Below are positions 61,120 through 64,000 of a stretch of 64,000 nt of DNA, in pieces; positions within the stretch are counted from its first letter, which is position 1, and every line of letters begins with the position of its first letter. The notes below the pieces were generated by a model. That model searched no databases. It was not told the origin of the DNA and was given only the letters and a program-made list of their open reading frames with translations. The translations under genes were made by a program, and so were the position numbers. Origin of the DNA: an uncultured delta proteobacterium (GTDB lineage Bacteria; Myxococcota; Myxococcia; Myxococcales; Myxococcaceae); assembly GCA_963796055.1 (NCBI GenBank), contig CAWCKH010000004.1, forward strand, positions 2,272,001-2,336,000. The letters run 5' to 3'.

Positions 61120-61500
61120 TCAGAGCCAGCCGGTGCCCCGGGGGCGGTACAGCAGGACCAGGAGCACCACCCCGGTCTGCGCCACCACCACCCCGGGCCT
61201 GAGCTCGCCCATCGCCCACACCACCGCATCGTCGAGCGCCATCGCCGCCGGCAGCGCCCAGAAGGCCCAGGGCCGCATCCTCCACAGGCCCCAGAGCGCC
61301 AGGGTCAGGGCCCCGGTGGTACCGACGACGTACGGCACGTACCCCGGTCCAAACGCCCGGCCCTGCCCGCTGGTCGCGGCGTGCAACCAGGTCGCGAGCA
61401 GGAGCAACGCCCCGGCCAGACACACCGCTGTCACCGGCCACGGACGCCCGGGGGAACGGGCCGCAGCGAACGGTCGCTCGTCCTCGGGCGCGCCGGCCAT
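61120..61500 (-). CDS. Small hypothetical membrane protein
   Basis: Four hydrophobic segments; GGGAG directly before the ATG. Confidence 0.55.
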   Translation of the reverse strand: MAGAPEDERPFAAARSPGRPWPVTAVCLAGALLLLATWLHAATSGQGRAFGPGYVPYVVGTTGALTLALWGLWRMRPWAFWALPAAMALDDAVVWAMGELRPGVVVAQTGVVLLVLLYRPRGTGWL

Positions 61501-61521
61501 CTCCCATGTTAATCGGGGACC

Positions 61522-62067
61522 ATGCACCTCGTCGCTGCCGTGCTCGCCCTCACCACTCTGGCCTCGGGAGGCACGCCCATGTCGGTTCACGATTTCAAGG
61601 TGAAGACCATCGACGGCAAGGAGGCCTCCCTGGCCGACTACAAGGGGAAGGCGCTCCTCATCGTCAACACCGCCTCGGAGTGCGGGTACACACCCCAGTA
61701 CGCCGGGCTCGAGGCGCTGTACGAGAAGTACCGCGACCGCGGCTTCACCGTCCTCGGCTTCCCCTCCAACGATTTCGGCGGGCAGGAGCCCGGGAGCAAC
61801 GCGGAGATCAAGAAGTTCTGCCAGCTCCGCTACCGGACCACCTTCCCCCTCTTCTCGAAGATCCCGGTGAAGGGCCCGGACGCCGATCCGCTCTACAAGT
61901 ACCTGAGCGGCCTGCCCGGGAAGCAGGGCGGAGCCATCACCTGGAACTTCAACAAATTCCTCGTCGCCCCGGACGGGAAGGTCATCGAGCACTTCGACAG
62001 CCGGGTCGAGCCGATGTCGCCCGAGCTGACCAGCAAGGTCGAGCAGGTCCTTCCGAAGAAGGGGTGA
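61522..62067 (+). CDS. Glutathione peroxidase (Cys-type)
   Basis: VNTASECGYT, LGFPSNDFGGQEPG, WNFNKFL. Confidence 0.95.
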   Translation: MHLVAAVLALTTLASGGTPMSVHDFKVKTIDGKEASLADYKGKALLIVNTASECGYTPQYAGLEALYEKYRDRGFTVLGFPSNDFGGQEPGSNAEIKKFCQLRYRTTFPLFSKIPVKGPDADPLYKYLSGLPGKQGGAITWNFNKFLVAPDGKVIEHFDSRVEPMSPELTSKVEQVLPKKG

Positions 62068-62087
62068 CCGACGGGGCCCGGGCCGCC

Positions 62088-62177
62088 CTAGCTGACTGCG
62101 GTCGCCCTGATCTCGCCGACTGCGGCCCGGCTGACGGCACCGGGACCCGGACCTCGACTCCGGCCGCCCTGACCTAG
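62088..62177 (-). repeat. CTAG-flanked 90-bp copy of the murI/carF repeat element
   Basis: Minus strand CTAG-GTCAGGGCGGCCGGAGTCGAGGTCCGGGT...GCAGTCGGCGAGATCAGGGCGACCGCAGTCAG-CTAG. Confidence 0.9.
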
Positions 62178-62707
62178 CGCCGTCGGAGGCCCCCGTCCGG
62201 GGACTGGCTGGTGAGCGCCTGGGGCGCCTCGGCCCGCTCCCTCGCCGCGTCGTGGGCGAGGATCCGGTCGATGCGCTTGGAGAGAGCCTTGCCCTTGCTG
62301 CTGCGCAGCGCGGCGCGGACATCGGTCACCAGCTGCCGGTGACGATCCTTCAGGTGGGCCAGGGCCGAGTCCTTGTCGGTCACCTGCTCGGTGAGGCGGG
62401 CGTTGGCGGCCCGGAGCTCGTCGCCCTTCTCCGAGGAGGTGATGGCCTGGCGCCGGGCGTCCTTTTGGTCCGCCTCGAGCTTGTTGGCCCGGGAGGCGTA
62501 CTCGTCGGCCATGCGCATGGCCTGGTAGGCGCGGGCGGTCTGGTCGTCGATCAGCCTTTTTGCGTAGAGCGACACCACCGCCAGCGCGATCACCGCCAGC
62601 CCGCCCACCATCCACGGGAGCACGAGCGGCGAGCGCTGCTTCGGCAGCGGCGCCGGCGTGTGCTCGGCCTCGGGCTCGGGTTCAGGAAACTGGAAGTCGT
62701 CGCTCAT
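62174..62707 (-). CDS. Hypothetical bitopic membrane protein with coiled coil
   Basis: MSDDFQFPEP..., single TM, then heptad-rich helix; divergent from ftsE. Confidence 0.7.
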   Translation of the reverse strand: MSDDFQFPEPEPEAEHTPAPLPKQRSPLVLPWMVGGLAVIALAVVSLYAKRLIDDQTARAYQAMRMADEYASRANKLEADQKDARRQAITSSEKGDELRAANARLTEQVTDKDSALAHLKDRHRQLVTDVRAALRSSKGKALSKRIDRILAHDAARERAEAPQALTSQSPDGGLRRR

Positions 62708-62800
62708 CGAGGGACTCTTACCCCCCGAGTCTGGCACGGAAAGCTCGCCCCGTGGCCGAGTGAGCCCGGTTCTGCAACAATCCAGTCGCACCGACTGCCG

Positions 62801-63490
62801 ATGATCCAGATGTTCCACGTCACCAAGGCGTACCCGGGCGACCCGCCGGCGCTGGTCGACGTGAACCTGACGGTGGAGAAAGGTGAGTTCGTGTTCCTCA
62901 CCGGCCCCTCGGGTGCGGGAAAGACGACGCTTCTCCGACTCGTCTTCTGCGCCGAGCCGGCCACCCGCGGGCAGATCCTGGTCGGCGGCCGGAACGTGGC
63001 GCGCATCCGCCAGGCGAGCATCCCGTTCCTCCGGCGGAACATCGGGGTGGTGTTCCAGGACTTCAAGCTGCTGCCGCACCGGACGGTGCTGGACAACGTG
63101 GCGCTCGCGCTCGACGTGCTGGGCGTGGCCCGCGACGAGGCCCGCCAGCGCGCGAACCGGATGCTCAAGCTGGTGGGGCTGCAGCACAAGACCCAGAGCC
63201 TGCCCCTCAAGCTCAGCGGCGGAGAGCAGCAGCGGGTGGTCATCGCCCGCGCGCTGGTGAACGAGCCGGCCCTGCTCCTCGCCGACGAGCCCACCGGAAA
63301 CCTCGACCCCGGGCTCACCCAGGAGATCATGAGCCTGCTCTCGGACGCCAACGTGCGCGGGACGACGGTGGTGGTGGCCACGCACGACCTGGCGACGGTG
63401 GAGCGCTCCGGCAAGCGCGTGGTCCGGCTGGAGAAGGGCCGCATCGTCTCCGACCCGAGCGGGCCGGCGGTGGTCCGGCGGGTGGGGTAG
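62801..63490 (+). CDS. ftsE: Cell division ATP-binding protein FtsE
   Basis: FLTGPSGAGKTT, LRRNIGVVFQDFKLL, LSGGEQQRV, LADEPTGNLD. Confidence 0.95.
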   Translation: MIQMFHVTKAYPGDPPALVDVNLTVEKGEFVFLTGPSGAGKTTLLRLVFCAEPATRGQILVGGRNVARIRQASIPFLRRNIGVVFQDFKLLPHRTVLDNVALALDVLGVARDEARQRANRMLKLVGLQHKTQSLPLKLSGGEQQRVVIARALVNEPALLLADEPTGNLDPGLTQEIMSLLSDANVRGTTVVVATHDLATVERSGKRVVRLEKGRIVSDPSGPAVVRRVG

Positions 63491-63503
63491 GGCGGAGGCC
63501 TGC

Positions 63504-64000
63504 TTGAGCGCGGTCGCGAAGGCGCAGACGTTCTGGCGTTCGGCGGTGGAGGGCATCCGGCACCAGCCGTTCGTCCACGCCGTCTCGACGGTGACCCTGG
63601 CCATCGCCCTGTTCACCCTGGGGCTGGCGCGCTCGGCGGCGCACGAGCTGGACCGGCTGGTGGGGAGCCTCGGCGGCGAGGTGCGGGTGACGGTGTATCT
63701 GGACCCCCGCGCCTCGCCCGAGGCCCGCGCCGCGGTGGTGACCACCTTGCGCGGGCGCAGCATGGCGGTCGACGAGGTGAGCCCGCGGGCGGCGCTGGAG
63801 CGGCTGTTGCGGGAGCTCGGTCCCGCCGCCGAGTCGCTGCGTGGGCTGTCCGAGGATCCGCTTCCGCCGTCGCTCGAGGTCCGGGTCCCGGAACGGATGC
63901 GTGCTCCCGAGGCGCTGCGGACGCTCGCCGCCGAGCTGCGCGGGACGGCGGCGGTGACAGGGGTCGACTACGGCGAGCAGGCGGTGGAGCGGCTCTCGGC
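63504..64000 (+). CDS. ftsX: Cell division permease FtsX (3'-truncated by window edge)
   Basis: GGAGG then TTG; TM1 (STVTLAIALFTLG), VTVYLD, DPLPPSLEV, VDYG; follows ftsE. Confidence 0.88.
   Translation, partial: MSAVAKAQTFWRSAVEGIRHQPFVHAVSTVTLAIALFTLGLARSAAHELDRLVGSLGGEVRVTVYLDPRASPEARAAVVTTLRGRSMAVDEVSPRAALERLLRELGPAAESLRGLSEDPLPPSLEVRVPERMRAPEALRTLAAELRGTAAVTGVDYGEQAVERLS

Noticed and set aside
61522..62067. Selenocysteine glutathione peroxidase
   Set aside because: The active-site codon is TGC (Cys), with no in-frame TGA.
62732..62748. Sigma54 promoter before ftsE (TGGCACGGAAAGCTCGC)
   Set aside because: GC is not at the required 10-bp distance from GG.

Overview
GC-rich myxobacterial (Myxococcales-like) chromosome segment, largely syntenic with what I recall of the Myxococcus xanthus type IVa pilus region. 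1-33.8 kb (+): pilS-pilR, two tandem pilA paralogues, pilG-pilH-pilI, an inserted AlgI/AlgJ-like O-acyltransferase pair, pilD, pilS2-pilR2, a small HTH gene, pilMNOPQ, a lipoprotein, mglC, efp, accB, accC, sgmX, an ExeA-like ATPase, tamB and an Omp85 gene. Then a Tat amidase and a minus-strand run (GNAT, class V aminotransferase, isochorismatase, Ppx/GppA, MFS, and a type III PKS-methyltransferase-ACP-FAAL-oxidoreductase cluster). After that come a divergent cupin / membrane-anchored HTH-propeller module, tolQRAB, a triple-repeat lipoprotein, murI, carF, fdhD, a GNAT-MobA fusion, an ABC module, glutathione peroxidase and ftsEX. The most unusual signals are: (1) an 85-90 bp (C/G)TAG-bounded element with internal direct repeats, which starts at a TAG stop codon in sense orientation at all three genes where it occurs and is tandemly amplified after murI; (2) the algI/algJ-like pair translationally coupled inside the pil operon next to a duplicated pilin; (3) a one-component HTH-TM-propeller regulator with four 10-bp-phased repeats upstream. 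Many genes between 3 and 22 kb carry single-base insertions that look like sequencing errors. All gene names come from motif recognition and recalled synteny; no searches were run.
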